Shown piece after piece: positions 46,860 to 56,232 of a DNA stretch of 64,000 nt. Numbering within the stretch: the stretch's first letter is position 1; each line of letters starts with the position of its first letter. The notes beneath the pieces are model-generated. The model saw nothing but the letters and a program-made list of their open reading frames with translations, did not search any database and was not told the DNA's origin. Source of the stretch: an archaeon GW2011_AR15 (GTDB taxonomy: Archaea > Nanobdellota > Nanobdellia > Woesearchaeales > GW2011-AR15). Location of the stretch: positions 320,001 to 384,000 of the forward strand of contig CP010425.1 in the NCBI GenBank assembly GCA_000830295.1, written 5' to 3'. The position numbers and the translations under genes were made by a program.

Positions 46860-47839
46860 ATCTCAAAAATATTCTTAAGTGGACAATGGCTGTCGCTATG
46901 TCGGTTTTTCTTGTCTTCATCATGCTGTCAAGGGTGAAAATTGAGGATATAATATCGACGCTCGCAAATGCCAACCTTCTTTATCTGGCAATATTCTTCC
47001 TGCTCTACGTGCTGCTTATGGTCCTGCGGACTGTAAGGTTCACTATGGTGCTGAAGAATAAGATGTCTTTCAGGCAGATGCTTCCGGTTGTATTGCTTCA
47101 GAACCTGCTTCTTAACCTTATCCCCTTCAGGATCGGCGAGCTGAGCTACATCTATTATGTGAAAAAAATAGGGAAGCAGTCATATCACAAAGGGATTTCC
47201 ACGCTTGTCATCACAAAAGTCTTTGATTTATCCATCCTCATCATATTTTTCGTAATCTCTGTCTTCTCCCTTCACCTTGCCTCTTCCGGGTTCGGGCAGT
47301 CAGTACCTTACCTTGTTGCTTTACTGGCCCTGATGTCTCTTGCCCTTATCCTCCTTATTTACCAGCAAGGGATTATTATCCGTATTGTCGAAGTATTTGA
47401 AAAGATTGCACTGAAAATAAGCACCAGGCTCAGTTTTTTTACAGAGCAGGTAAAAACACTTGTAAATTCATTTGAGGAATTCAAATCCCCGAAAATGCTT
47501 GCCGCCATATTCATCCAGTCTGTGCTTATAATGAGTGTCAGCATGGCGTGCTTTTATTTCACAGTCAATGCCCTTGGATTTTCCATACCCCTTAATGTCC
47601 TTATCATAGGCTCAACTTTCGGCGTGCTTTCAAACCTTATCCCTGTCAACGGGATAGCGGGGTTCGGGACTGTCGAGGGTGTCTGGGTCCTTGTGCTGAC
47701 GTTCTTCGGCTATCCTCTTGAATCAGCCATTGTGCTTTCCTTCAGCCTACATATAATACAGCTTATATCAATAAGCATAATGGGTTCTGTAGGATGGCTA
47801 AAGCTGAATGCTCTGCAGTCATCAGAAAAAGCTAGATGA
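46856..47839 (+). CDS. lysylphosphatidylglycerol-synthase TM / flippase-like protein
   Basis: R..RF, NLIPFRIGE, KVFD, IPV.GIAGFGTVE. Confidence 0.85.
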   Translation: MNLKNILKWTMAVAMSVFLVFIMLSRVKIEDIISTLANANLLYLAIFFLLYVLLMVLRTVRFTMVLKNKMSFRQMLPVVLLQNLLLNLIPFRIGELSYIYYVKKIGKQSYHKGISTLVITKVFDLSILIIFFVISVFSLHLASSGFGQSVPYLVALLALMSLALILLIYQQGIIIRIVEVFEKIALKISTRLSFFTEQVKTLVNSFEEFKSPKMLAAIFIQSVLIMSVSMACFYFTVNALGFSIPLNVLIIGSTFGVLSNLIPVNGIAGFGTVEGVWVLVLTFFGYPLESAIVLSFSLHIIQLISISIMGSVGWLKLNALQSSEKAR

Positions 47840-48761
47840 TTTTTTCAACTGCATAGTTTCTTTTTTTTCCGCTGTAATACATCTTAAGAAGTATGTCTGC
47901 GATAAGGCCGAATATCAGGAACTGTATCCCGATTATCACCAGGAGAACTGACAGCAGGAGCAGCGGCCTGTCTGCTATAGGCTCTGCATAGAAAAATTTC
48001 CTGAAGACCAGATAGCCTCCTGCAAGGAATCCAAGGAATGAAGATAATATTCCCACTCCCCCGAACAGATGTATGGGCCTGTTGGAATATCTCTGCCAGA
48101 AAGCTACAACAAGGAGGTCAAGAAAGCCTTTTGGCAGCCTGAGCAGCCCGTATTTTGTCTTTCCTTTTTTCCTCGGAAAATGATTTATTTTAACTTCCGC
48201 AACTTTGTATCCTTTAAGCACGAGGATATCCACTATATACCTGTGCATTTCCCCATCCATCTCAAGATCTTCCAGGCATTCTCTCCTGTAGGTTTTCAGG
48301 GAGCATACGGGGTCCTGGAATTTCCCTTTTATTATGATCCTCCTTAAAATTCTTGAAATTACAGAGAAAGCCCTTTTTGAGAAGCTGTCTTTTCTGTTAT
48401 ATCTCCATCCTGAAACAGCATCATACCCCTCGTTAATTTTGCTTATAAGTTTGGGGATGTCTGCAGGGTCATTCTGCAGGTCTGCATCCATTGTAACTAC
48501 AAGCTCTCCCTTTGCATTCCTGAAACCCATGTCCAGTGCGGCAGTCTGGCCGAAATTCCTCCTGAATTTTATTACGCGGACATTCCTGTCAGATTTAGCG
48601 GCTTTTTCAAGCTCTTTGAAGGTATTATCTGTTGAGCCATCATCTATGAAGATAATCTCGTATTTTTTCCCGAGCTTTTTCATTACTCCGGTTACTTTTT
48701 CATGGAGCTCTCTTATATTGTCCTGCTCGTTGTATGCTGGGATTATGACTGATATGTCCAT
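47832..48761 (-). CDS. GT2 polyprenol-phosphate glycosyltransferase
   Basis: IPAYNE, DDGSTD, RNFGQTAA, MDADLQNDP, two C-terminal TMs. Confidence 0.92.
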   Translation of the reverse strand: MDISVIIPAYNEQDNIRELHEKVTGVMKKLGKKYEIIFIDDGSTDNTFKELEKAAKSDRNVRVIKFRRNFGQTAALDMGFRNAKGELVVTMDADLQNDPADIPKLISKINEGYDAVSGWRYNRKDSFSKRAFSVISRILRRIIIKGKFQDPVCSLKTYRRECLEDLEMDGEMHRYIVDILVLKGYKVAEVKINHFPRKKGKTKYGLLRLPKGFLDLLVVAFWQRYSNRPIHLFGGVGILSSFLGFLAGGYLVFRKFFYAEPIADRPLLLLSVLLVIIGIQFLIFGLIADILLKMYYSGKKRNYAVEKII

Positions 48762-48840
48762 GGCGGCTGTTAAACTGGCTCTTTATTTAAAAGTTGCTGA
48801 TTTCACTAATTTTAAATATGCCATAGCTTTTGTTTTTTCC

Positions 48841-49533
48841 ATGGCCTACACTGTTTCTCCAAACACTGATGTTATCGGAAAACTCATAGGCGATTATGAG
48901 TCGGGGAAAATAACAATGGTCTACGGGAATTCCGCTTCAGGAAAAACAACGCTGTGCCTGCTGGCTGCAATATCCGCTGCTGAAAAGGGAAAGGTTATTT
49001 TTGTTGATGCTGAAAAAGGCTTTAATCCTGAAAGGCTAAAGCAGCTGTACGGAAAAGACATCGGGAAACTGCTTGACAATATATTTTTGATCCAGCCCAA
49101 ATCATTCAGAGAGCAGCATGATACAATACTGAAAGTGAAAAAAATATGCAGCGGCGAAAAGATAAAGCTGGTTGTCGTAGATACCGTCGGCCACTATTAC
49201 AGGAATGTTCTCAACGAGACGCCGAAGGAAGTCAATGAGGCAATGGCTGAGCTCATGGCCAACCTGATAAGGATTGCAAGGGACTATGACAAGGTTGTGC
49301 TGCTTACAAATCCGGTATATGCAAGAATGGATTCTCCTGACGGGATAAAAATGGTCGGCGGCTCGCTCATGGAAAGGATGTGCAAAGTGATTGTTGAGCT
49401 CCACAGAAAAGATGACAAGAGGACTGCAACCCTAAAGAAATACAAGAGAGATGATGAATCTGAGCATCCGAATATAGGAAAAGAGATCAGTTTTGAGATA
49501 AGAGAGAACGGTTTGTTTTCTTTAGAACATTAA
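48841..49533 (+). CDS. radB: RadB/RecA-family ATPase
   Basis: Walker A GNSASGKTT, FVDAEKGF..ERL, VVVDT, LTN; start moved to ATG 48841 behind a TATA (upstream extension is antisense to GT2). Confidence 0.75.
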   Translation: MAYTVSPNTDVIGKLIGDYESGKITMVYGNSASGKTTLCLLAAISAAEKGKVIFVDAEKGFNPERLKQLYGKDIGKLLDNIFLIQPKSFREQHDTILKVKKICSGEKIKLVVVDTVGHYYRNVLNETPKEVNEAMAELMANLIRIARDYDKVVLLTNPVYARMDSPDGIKMVGGSLMERMCKVIVELHRKDDKRTATLKKYKRDDESEHPNIGKEISFEIRENGLFSLEH

Positions 49534-50367
49534 TTTAGCAGCCATCCTCAGTTTTTCTTTAAGGGGCAATGCTATCCCTGCTTCATGCATATCCTCTTTT
49601 AGCCTGACCTGCATCTTCTCACTTGTCTTTTTTGCCTGGTAGAATGCTTTCATAAAATAATGCTCTGCCTGTCCTTTATCTCCAAACCTGCCAAAAGCCA
49701 GCGCCACTATTCTGCTTCTTCTGGAATCCCTTGTAGCATTCTCAAGGTATTCTTCAGGCTGTTCAGCAAACCATCTCAAGGCCCTGCCACAAAGCTTCCC
49801 AAGATTAACCTTGCTGTCTGGGCTGCTGTATATTTCCTTCCAGCTTTCAGAAAAATATTTCGCCCAATAGGGATTATTAATCAGCTGCCTGTACGTATGG
49901 GCAAGGTCCATGTGATAATCAAAAGCTATATCCCTGAAAACAGGATTATGCATCTCAGCAAAATATTCCCACATTGCTGTCTTTGCTTCTTTTAGCTGCA
50001 TTTCCGCGGGGTGTATTGCTGATGAAAAATTCCTTAGTATCCCGCTGAGATATTCGTAATCGTTTTTTTCTTTTTTGCCTGCCTGCCTGTTCGGTTTTTT
50101 TCCTGTAAGATATCTTATGTATCCCCATTCAGCTGCATTGAAGGAATCCGCAATGTCAGAATAGCTGCTGTATGAGAACATCCTGCCATATTCTGCAATA
50201 GCCTTGCTTACTGATGTCCTGTCCCTAAGTTTTTTCTCCGGCAATTCAAGCACATCATCTACAAGAGATTCCATGCCTTCCTGTGGAAATCCGCACTCAA
50301 CAGTAAGCTCCAGCCTGCTCTTTACCCTGTCAGCAAGCTCTGATTTTACGCCCATAAATAAGGGCAA
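49522..50367 (-). CDS. hypothetical helical protein
   Basis: 281-aa ORF, no motif recognised. Confidence 0.6.
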   Translation of the reverse strand: MPLFMGVKSELADRVKSRLELTVECGFPQEGMESLVDDVLELPEKKLRDRTSVSKAIAEYGRMFSYSSYSDIADSFNAAEWGYIRYLTGKKPNRQAGKKEKNDYEYLSGILRNFSSAIHPAEMQLKEAKTAMWEYFAEMHNPVFRDIAFDYHMDLAHTYRQLINNPYWAKYFSESWKEIYSSPDSKVNLGKLCGRALRWFAEQPEEYLENATRDSRRSRIVALAFGRFGDKGQAEHYFMKAFYQAKKTSEKMQVRLKEDMHEAGIALPLKEKLRMAAKLMF

Positions 50368-50396
50368 CCTGAAGTTATATTTAAAGTTAAAAGGAA

Positions 50397-51017
50397 TCAG
50401 TAAGTAAGAGAGGCATGCTGAAGAGTTATGGTATTGTTTCTGACTACAACGTCTTTTAATTTTTCCAGAGGAGAAAGAGGGCCGTAAATAATGCCGCTAA
50501 GCTGGTACCTTTTGTGTGTCACCGCCCGAACTACATCCATGGTATGCTTAACACCTTTTTCTTTATACGTATCCTCTATAAGATCTCTGAGGTGCTGGGC
50601 ATATTTCTCCGGAATGTCCTGGGTATAATACCACTCTGACGAGAAAGTAAGTGTTGCTGTATCTATGATTTTTGCTTTTTCTACCATCACCGGAAGTTTT
50701 GTTATGTACTCGTTAACTGTATCCATATCATCTACTGTGCCTGAAAGGACCATTTCCAGCGTGCCTTCCTGTGCTGATCTTTTGAATAATCCGGGAAAAT
50801 GCCTTGCCCTATCCAGGCTATACCTTAGTATCTCAAATTCTCTTGACAACGGAAGCTGGGACCTCTCTGCATATTTGGCTACATTCTCTCCGGAAAATAT
50901 ATTTTCCAGCAGTGCAACTTCTGATACTTTTTCAAGGTTGTCTTCTGATTCCTCTATAGAAAGGATATATTCCCTGGCCATAATCCCGTTATCTGCGAGC
51001 ATAGAAGCCGGGAACAT
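50397..51017 (-). CDS. hypothetical protein
   Basis: 206-aa ORF, no motif recognised. Confidence 0.55.
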   Translation of the reverse strand: MFPASMLADNGIMAREYILSIEESEDNLEKVSEVALLENIFSGENVAKYAERSQLPLSREFEILRYSLDRARHFPGLFKRSAQEGTLEMVLSGTVDDMDTVNEYITKLPVMVEKAKIIDTATLTFSSEWYYTQDIPEKYAQHLRDLIEDTYKEKGVKHTMDVVRAVTHKRYQLSGIIYGPLSPLEKLKDVVVRNNTITLQHASLTY

Positions 51018-51044
51018 TGAATTAATTTATAAAATTATTCAGTA

Positions 51045-51878
51045 TCACAGTTTTTCAGCAGTAACTCCGTTGAACACCCTCTGCATGTTCCTGAAGCCTG
51101 CCTTCTCAAGCCTTTTTATTATGCCCGCCCGTATGTCCATGCCTCTTTTCTTGCTGCCCGGATCTCCTGTGTAATGGTATAGTTTCCCTCCGGGTTTCAT
51201 TACCCTGTAAAGCTGGTTGTAGAACTCCTGGGAATAAAGCAGCGTGGACAGTGCAAGCCTTGGCGGGTCATGTATCACCCTGTCAAAAAAAGCATTCGGG
51301 AATTTCTTTATCTCCGCAAACGCATCCCCTATTATCATTTTTATTTTCTTATTGTCAAACAGTTCCTTTGACCACGGGTTGATTTTCTGCAGCTCAGCCA
51401 CGTTCGGGTCTATCTCTATGGTATAGACTATTTCTGCTGTCTCTGCTGCCTTTATTGCCGTATAGCCGAGGCCGCAGCATGTGTCAAGCACTGTCCCGGT
51501 GCATGGCGCAACAAAATTAATTTTCTGCTTCGTGTCTTCCAGGGGTGAAAATTTTTTGGTGACGTGCATCCTTATTCCTGATATCTCTATTGTCGGCGGA
51601 GTCCTGTACCCTGTCGGGACGAGCTTGTAGTATCTCTGCAGCTCTTCTGAGAATATTGCGACCTGAATTATCGAGCTGTTCTCAACCAGAAAGCACATAG
51701 TGTCTTTTTTTATTATTTTTTTTATATCCGCAATGCCAAGCTTCTGGCCGTCGGGAAATATGAAGTACTCTCCTTCCCTTCTTATTTCTGATTCTGTCAG
51801 GCCGAGGTCAAGCGATGCCGTGGCCTTGTCTCCCGCCGGGAGGAATTTCCTGGCCTGGTATGCTGAAAGAAGTATCAT
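51045..51878 (-). CDS. archaeal SAM-dependent methyltransferase (COG2521-like)
   Basis: PTIEISGIRMH, VLDTCCGLGYTAI, NPWS, HDPPR, LYSQEFY; start moved to MILLS after the rps2 stop. Confidence 0.82.
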   Translation of the reverse strand: MILLSAYQARKFLPAGDKATASLDLGLTESEIRREGEYFIFPDGQKLGIADIKKIIKKDTMCFLVENSSIIQVAIFSEELQRYYKLVPTGYRTPPTIEISGIRMHVTKKFSPLEDTKQKINFVAPCTGTVLDTCCGLGYTAIKAAETAEIVYTIEIDPNVAELQKINPWSKELFDNKKIKMIIGDAFAEIKKFPNAFFDRVIHDPPRLALSTLLYSQEFYNQLYRVMKPGGKLYHYTGDPGSKKRGMDIRAGIIKRLEKAGFRNMQRVFNGVTAEKL

Positions 51879-51909
51879 AAGGAAAAAGAAAATAGCGGAA
51901 AATAAAAAC

Positions 51910-52503
51910 TTATTCAGACGTGAAGTCCTCAATTGTGTACTTGAAGTCCTTCTCCTTGAATTCGCCTCTCTGCTTGAGGTATTCCCTTGTAACAATGTAG
52001 AACAGCAGCCCCAGGCTCTTCTTTCCTTTGTTGTTGCATGGGACAACGAGGTCAATGTTGTTTGCCTGGTTGTTTGTATCGCAGAGTGCAATTACGGGTA
52101 TGCCTACCTTCATTGCATCCAGCACAGCGTTCCTGTCGGGCCATGCGTCTGTGACCACAAGTATCTTTGGCTCAGTGTAGTTCTTCAGCTTTGGGTTTGT
52201 CATTATTCCCGGCGGATACCTGCCGGCAAAGAATTTTGCACCTGTTATCTTCCCGAAAATCTTTACAGGAAGCCAGCCGTTCTCTCTTCTTGACACAATA
52301 AGTATGTCTTCAGGAGCATATCTGGCAAGCATGTTTGCCATCATCCTTATTCTTTCATCTATCTTCTGGACATTCAGCACTGATAGTCCGTCCGGCCTTG
52401 TTTTGTAGATGAAGTTTTCCATAAACCTTGTCTTGAATTTTGTTCCTATGTGTATACCTGCCTTAAGGTAAGTGTCGTTGTCAACAAGCAATTCTTCAGT
52501 CAT
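51910..52503 (-). CDS. rps2: 30S ribosomal protein S2 (uS2)
   Basis: YLKAGIHIGTK, GRYPPGIMTNP, GIPVIALCDTNN, PCNNKG. Confidence 0.97.
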   Translation of the reverse strand: MTEELLVDNDTYLKAGIHIGTKFKTRFMENFIYKTRPDGLSVLNVQKIDERIRMMANMLARYAPEDILIVSRRENGWLPVKIFGKITGAKFFAGRYPPGIMTNPKLKNYTEPKILVVTDAWPDRNAVLDAMKVGIPVIALCDTNNQANNIDLVVPCNNKGKKSLGLLFYIVTREYLKQRGEFKEKDFKYTIEDFTSE

Positions 52504-52608
52504 CTTAATTTCCTCCTATGCAACAGTAAAGAAACAATCTTTACTGCATCTTTATCGCCTCAGCAGTGTGTTAAAGGTCCTTTCGCTTTCCCTTTAACGT
52601 CGGCAATA
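52504..52608 (-). promoter_or_regulatory. structured ~100-nt 5' leader of rps2
   Basis: Helices gttaaagg/cctttaac (8 bp) and cagtaaaga/tctttactg (9 bp) next to the AGGAGG SD; TATA tttataaa at 52630-52637. Confidence 0.6.
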
Positions 52609-52638
52609 TATTACTGGATAAAGAAGCCATTTATAAAA

Positions 52639-54309
52639 TTATCTCCCTCTTCTCTTTTTCCTGCTCATGACGAGCACAGCAAACGACGCTCCTGCGACAG
52701 CTCCTAGGCCAAAGAGGAGGAGATACCTGTAGTTTATTATGGGGAATCTGAATCCCTTCTCCTCAAAATATATATCAAGGCTCCCGAGCTCAAGGGCATA
52801 TTCAAGATAGAGCAGTGCAGAGCCTTTGTCTGTTTCTCTCAGGGAACCCCCGTATTCATAATAGCTGTAGGCTGCTATGGGAAACATGCCCCTGGCTGTC
52901 TGCTTTGCTATGAGCGACTTCACTATGCTGAGCCTGTCCTCTATTATTTTTTCATCATATTCAGGGTCGACTGACATTGTATTAAGTATGACGTCAACCC
53001 TTGCTTTTGCTATGCTGGCCTCATAGAGGCAGATTTCAGGGTTCCCGTTGTTATATTCCGTGTTTGACCTCACAATCGCTTCCCTTGCCTCATTGCCTCC
53101 TTCCGGAAGGTAGAGCTCAAGATACTGTATTCTCTCCTCAACCTCGGATATTTTCTCAAGGCAGGATTCATTGAGTGCTTCTTTGTCAATATTGAATTCT
53201 GTCCCGAAGGTGTTGAAGAAGCCTGACCACGACCTTGCTGTGTTCAGCCTCTCTGTTGCGTATGCAATGCTGTATATTGTCGAATTGTCAAATTCTCCCC
53301 TGCTGATTCTCCTGGATACGTCGCTGAGGCCTGCCTCTGCCTCTGAAATCCTGGAGGAGACTATCATATAAGTCTCAAGGTCCGTAAGCGTATCTATAGG
53401 GTTATTCTCTATGTTTGCCCTGAAAAGTATTGCATCTGCCTTTATCTGATCTATTTTTTCCCTTGCTTCCCTTACTGTCAGGTTCTGCCTCATAAACTCC
53501 TCATACTTCAGGTTGACATTTGCAACAAAGCAATAGCTGGCTGCGCTGTAGTATCTCCCGCTTTCCTGCGCAGCTCTTGCAAGGCTGTAATATTCCTCCT
53601 CGACACCCAAGCTGAGAAGAAGCTTCTCTGCCTGGCTGCATATGTCGTCTGAGAGGCGCTGCATGACTTCAACATATTCCTGGCTAAGCTCTATATCTGC
53701 TTCTGTCGCATATTCTTTTCCTGTTATCTCTTTTACCGCATCGCTGAGGTGCGAGATCTCTATTATCTCAACAGTATTGTTTCCTGTCCCGTTTGTCAGG
53801 TTGAGCTGCATGTATTTCGGGATAAGGACTTTTGCTATGCCGTTTTTTGCTGCCGCATCCAGTTTCGTTGTTATGCCGCCCACCTGCCCTATTATACCTC
53901 CTGAATTTATCGTCCCTGTTATTGATACGCTCTGGTCTATTGCCAGGCCTTCAAGGACGGCAACTGTAAGCACTGCTGCCCCTGCCCCTGCGCTCGGGCC
54001 GCCTACAAGCCCGCTCGTCGACCTTATCCTGTAGAAAAAATCATACCTGCTGCAGTCCCTCTCAAGGAAATTGCAGGCAACCTCTTTTGCAAATCTTGTG
54101 GATATCTGCGTGTCAAGTCTTGAGAGCGGCAGGGAGTCTATGAATACCCTTCCTGTGCCTTCCTTTATCTCCAGCTCCATGTCAGCGACGCTGCCTATGA
54201 GCTCTTCTCCTGTATTTGTCACGGCAAGCAGCTTTATGCTGCCTGATTTTGCCATGGCTGCGGGCATAAGGATCAGCACCAGCACAATCATGAAATATTT
54301 TTTGAGCAT
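52639..54309 (-). CDS. secreted, membrane-anchored S16 (Lon C-domain) serine protease
   Basis: Signal peptide, GPSAG and downstream Lys (GGITTK), TGTI...G.IGQVGG, C-terminal TM plus basic tail. Confidence 0.88.
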   Translation of the reverse strand: MLKKYFMIVLVLILMPAAMAKSGSIKLLAVTNTGEELIGSVADMELEIKEGTGRVFIDSLPLSRLDTQISTRFAKEVACNFLERDCSRYDFFYRIRSTSGLVGGPSAGAGAAVLTVAVLEGLAIDQSVSITGTINSGGIIGQVGGITTKLDAAAKNGIAKVLIPKYMQLNLTNGTGNNTVEIIEISHLSDAVKEITGKEYATEADIELSQEYVEVMQRLSDDICSQAEKLLLSLGVEEEYYSLARAAQESGRYYSAASYCFVANVNLKYEEFMRQNLTVREAREKIDQIKADAILFRANIENNPIDTLTDLETYMIVSSRISEAEAGLSDVSRRISRGEFDNSTIYSIAYATERLNTARSWSGFFNTFGTEFNIDKEALNESCLEKISEVEERIQYLELYLPEGGNEAREAIVRSNTEYNNGNPEICLYEASIAKARVDVILNTMSVDPEYDEKIIEDRLSIVKSLIAKQTARGMFPIAAYSYYEYGGSLRETDKGSALLYLEYALELGSLDIYFEEKGFRFPIINYRYLLLFGLGAVAGASFAVLVMSRKKRRGR

Positions 54310-54405
54310 CCTGTCTGGGAATTCAGGAGGGTATATAAGTTTTTTTTAAATTCTGACCACAATCTTTTAATAGGACTGTAATATATTCTATGCTGGGTGA
54401 TATGA

Positions 54406-55050
54406 ATGGAATTTTTCGTTGATACTGCAGATGTTGACATGATTAAGAAGCTTAATGATATGGGTCTTGTGGACGGGGTTACAACAAATCCCACGCTGAT
54501 TATGAAAGCCGGGAAAGGGCACAAGGAAACCATCCAGAAGATAAGCTCCATTGTGAAAGGCCCGATAAGCGTTGAGACGCTTAGCACTGATGCAGAGGGC
54601 ATGGTGAAAGAGGCCCTTGAGTATGTAACCTGGGGTAAAAACATTGTTGTAAAAATTGTGATGACTCCTGAAGGCATGAAGGCTGTAAAGATACTCTCAA
54701 AAAAAGGCATAAAGACAAATGTGACTGTTACTTTCTCCCCGCTGCAGGCCCTGATAGCTGCAAAGGCAGGCGCAACTTATGTGAGCCCTTTTGTAGGAAG
54801 ACTGGATGATGTCGGCCACTTCGGCATGGATACTGTTGCGCAGATAAAGGAGATATATGAAAACTACGGCTACCAGACAAAAATACTTGCGGCAAGCCTG
54901 AGGCACCCAACGCATGTCCTTGAAGCTGCTCTTATGGGAGTAGATGTTGCAACAATCCCTCCTGATGTGATGCTGAAGCTGTTCAATCATCCGCTGACAG
55001 ATGCAGGGATAAAAAGCTTCCTTGATGACTCAAAGAAGTGGAAGAAATAG
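54406..55050 (+). CDS. transaldolase / fructose-6-phosphate aldolase (MipB/TalC family)
   Basis: [36 protein letters not shown]. Confidence 0.93.
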   Translation: MEFFVDTADVDMIKKLNDMGLVDGVTTNPTLIMKAGKGHKETIQKISSIVKGPISVETLSTDAEGMVKEALEYVTWGKNIVVKIVMTPEGMKAVKILSKKGIKTNVTVTFSPLQALIAAKAGATYVSPFVGRLDDVGHFGMDTVAQIKEIYENYGYQTKILAASLRHPTHVLEAALMGVDVATIPPDVMLKLFNHPLTDAGIKSFLDDSKKWKK

Positions 55051-55105
55051 GCCTTCCGATATCTTTATATATTTACAGGAAAACAAGAGGAACAGGTGAT
55101 AGCAA

Positions 55106-55525
55106 ATGACACTTTTGGGATTCCACTTTAAGAAAATGTCTGTCGAAAAAAACAAGAATGCGACAGGCAGCATTAACATAAAAAACAACATGACTGTTAC
55201 AAAAGTCAGGGAAGCAAAGCTGAACCTTGGCAAGGACAGGCAGACTGGCATCGAGTTCTCATTCACATTCCATGTCGGCTATGAGCCGGGAATTGCCTCA
55301 ATCGACCTTGAGGGCGGTGTGCTCTATGTATCCAACACAAAGCAGGCAGAGGAAATCCTGAAAAACTGGGAAAAGAAAAAGCAGCTTCCTGAAGACCTCA
55401 TGAAAGAGGTATCACTTCATGTAGTGTCAAAGTGCAACGTGCAGGCAATTGTGCTTGCAAAAGAGATGCAGCTTCCGCCTCACATCGCTATGGTTAAGAT
55501 AAGCGATGAGAAAAAGAAGAAATAA
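55106..55525 (+). CDS. conserved archaeal hypothetical protein
   Basis: 139 aa; GGTGA SD; LPP C-terminal motif. Confidence 0.7.
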   Translation: MTLLGFHFKKMSVEKNKNATGSINIKNNMTVTKVREAKLNLGKDRQTGIEFSFTFHVGYEPGIASIDLEGGVLYVSNTKQAEEILKNWEKKKQLPEDLMKEVSLHVVSKCNVQAIVLAKEMQLPPHIAMVKISDEKKKK

Positions 55526-55541
55526 AAATTAATTTCCTAAT

Positions 55542-56108
55542 TTATTTTTTGCCCATTCTTTCTGACAGTGCGTAGAAATTAGCAGCTGCTATCCCTGCCG
55601 GCACAAGAGGGTTTGGCGGCACTCCGTATGCCTGCATGATTGTGCTGTCTAAATTTGCGCTTGTGCCTGGTCCGAGTGTTGAGTCCAGGGCAGTTCTCAT
55701 GATTCCTCCTGTCAGAGGCGTGTAGTATAATGCGGCAAGTGCATTGCCTGCTACAATCACTGCCTGAAGGGCTGTGGTAGCATATTCAAGAATCTGTGCG
55801 CCTTTCTTTGGCTGGCCTGATGCTGCGTCCCTGCTGCGGAGAGAGTCTGACATAAGCTCCATAACATATGGCAGGGCTGTCTGCGCAAGAACAACAGGGT
55901 TTCCCCAGTTTGGCTCCTGGCCTTCAATCCCGACATAGCTGGCATTATGGCCATATGCTGCATTTGCATATGCTGCCAGGTAAGCCAGCGGCTCGGTAAA
56001 AAACCTTGTTACCGGAGATCTTATGCTCTCTCTGGCTCTGCTTGTAAATCCTCTTATTTTATCTTCCAGAAAGCCTTTTTTCTGGGGTGCGATTGGTGTG
56101 TTGTTCAT
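55542..56108 (-). CDS. hypothetical protein
   Basis: GAGGT SD before ATG 56108; Ala/Gly-rich hydrophobic segments. Confidence 0.6.
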   Translation of the reverse strand: MNNTPIAPQKKGFLEDKIRGFTSRARESIRSPVTRFFTEPLAYLAAYANAAYGHNASYVGIEGQEPNWGNPVVLAQTALPYVMELMSDSLRSRDAASGQPKKGAQILEYATTALQAVIVAGNALAALYYTPLTGGIMRTALDSTLGPGTSANLDSTIMQAYGVPPNPLVPAGIAAANFYALSERMGKK

Positions 56109-56232
56109 TTTTTCATACCTCTTAAGTGTTATTACTCTGCGGTAACACATTTTATTTATAAATCTTTTGGATTCCCTCGTTTTCGATAGCTTTATTTATC
56201 TTTTCTTATTTTTATGGCATAGGTGGTTTATC

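Noticed and set aside
48334-48840. 169-aa N-terminal extension on the RadB-like ORF
   Set aside because: Antisense shadow of the GT2 gene; a TATA (ttttaaata) sits ~25 nt before ATG 48841.
51879-52091. N-terminal extension of the methyltransferase overlapping rps2
   Set aside because: Alternative-frame overlap of rps2; the family-like sequence starts at ATG 51878.
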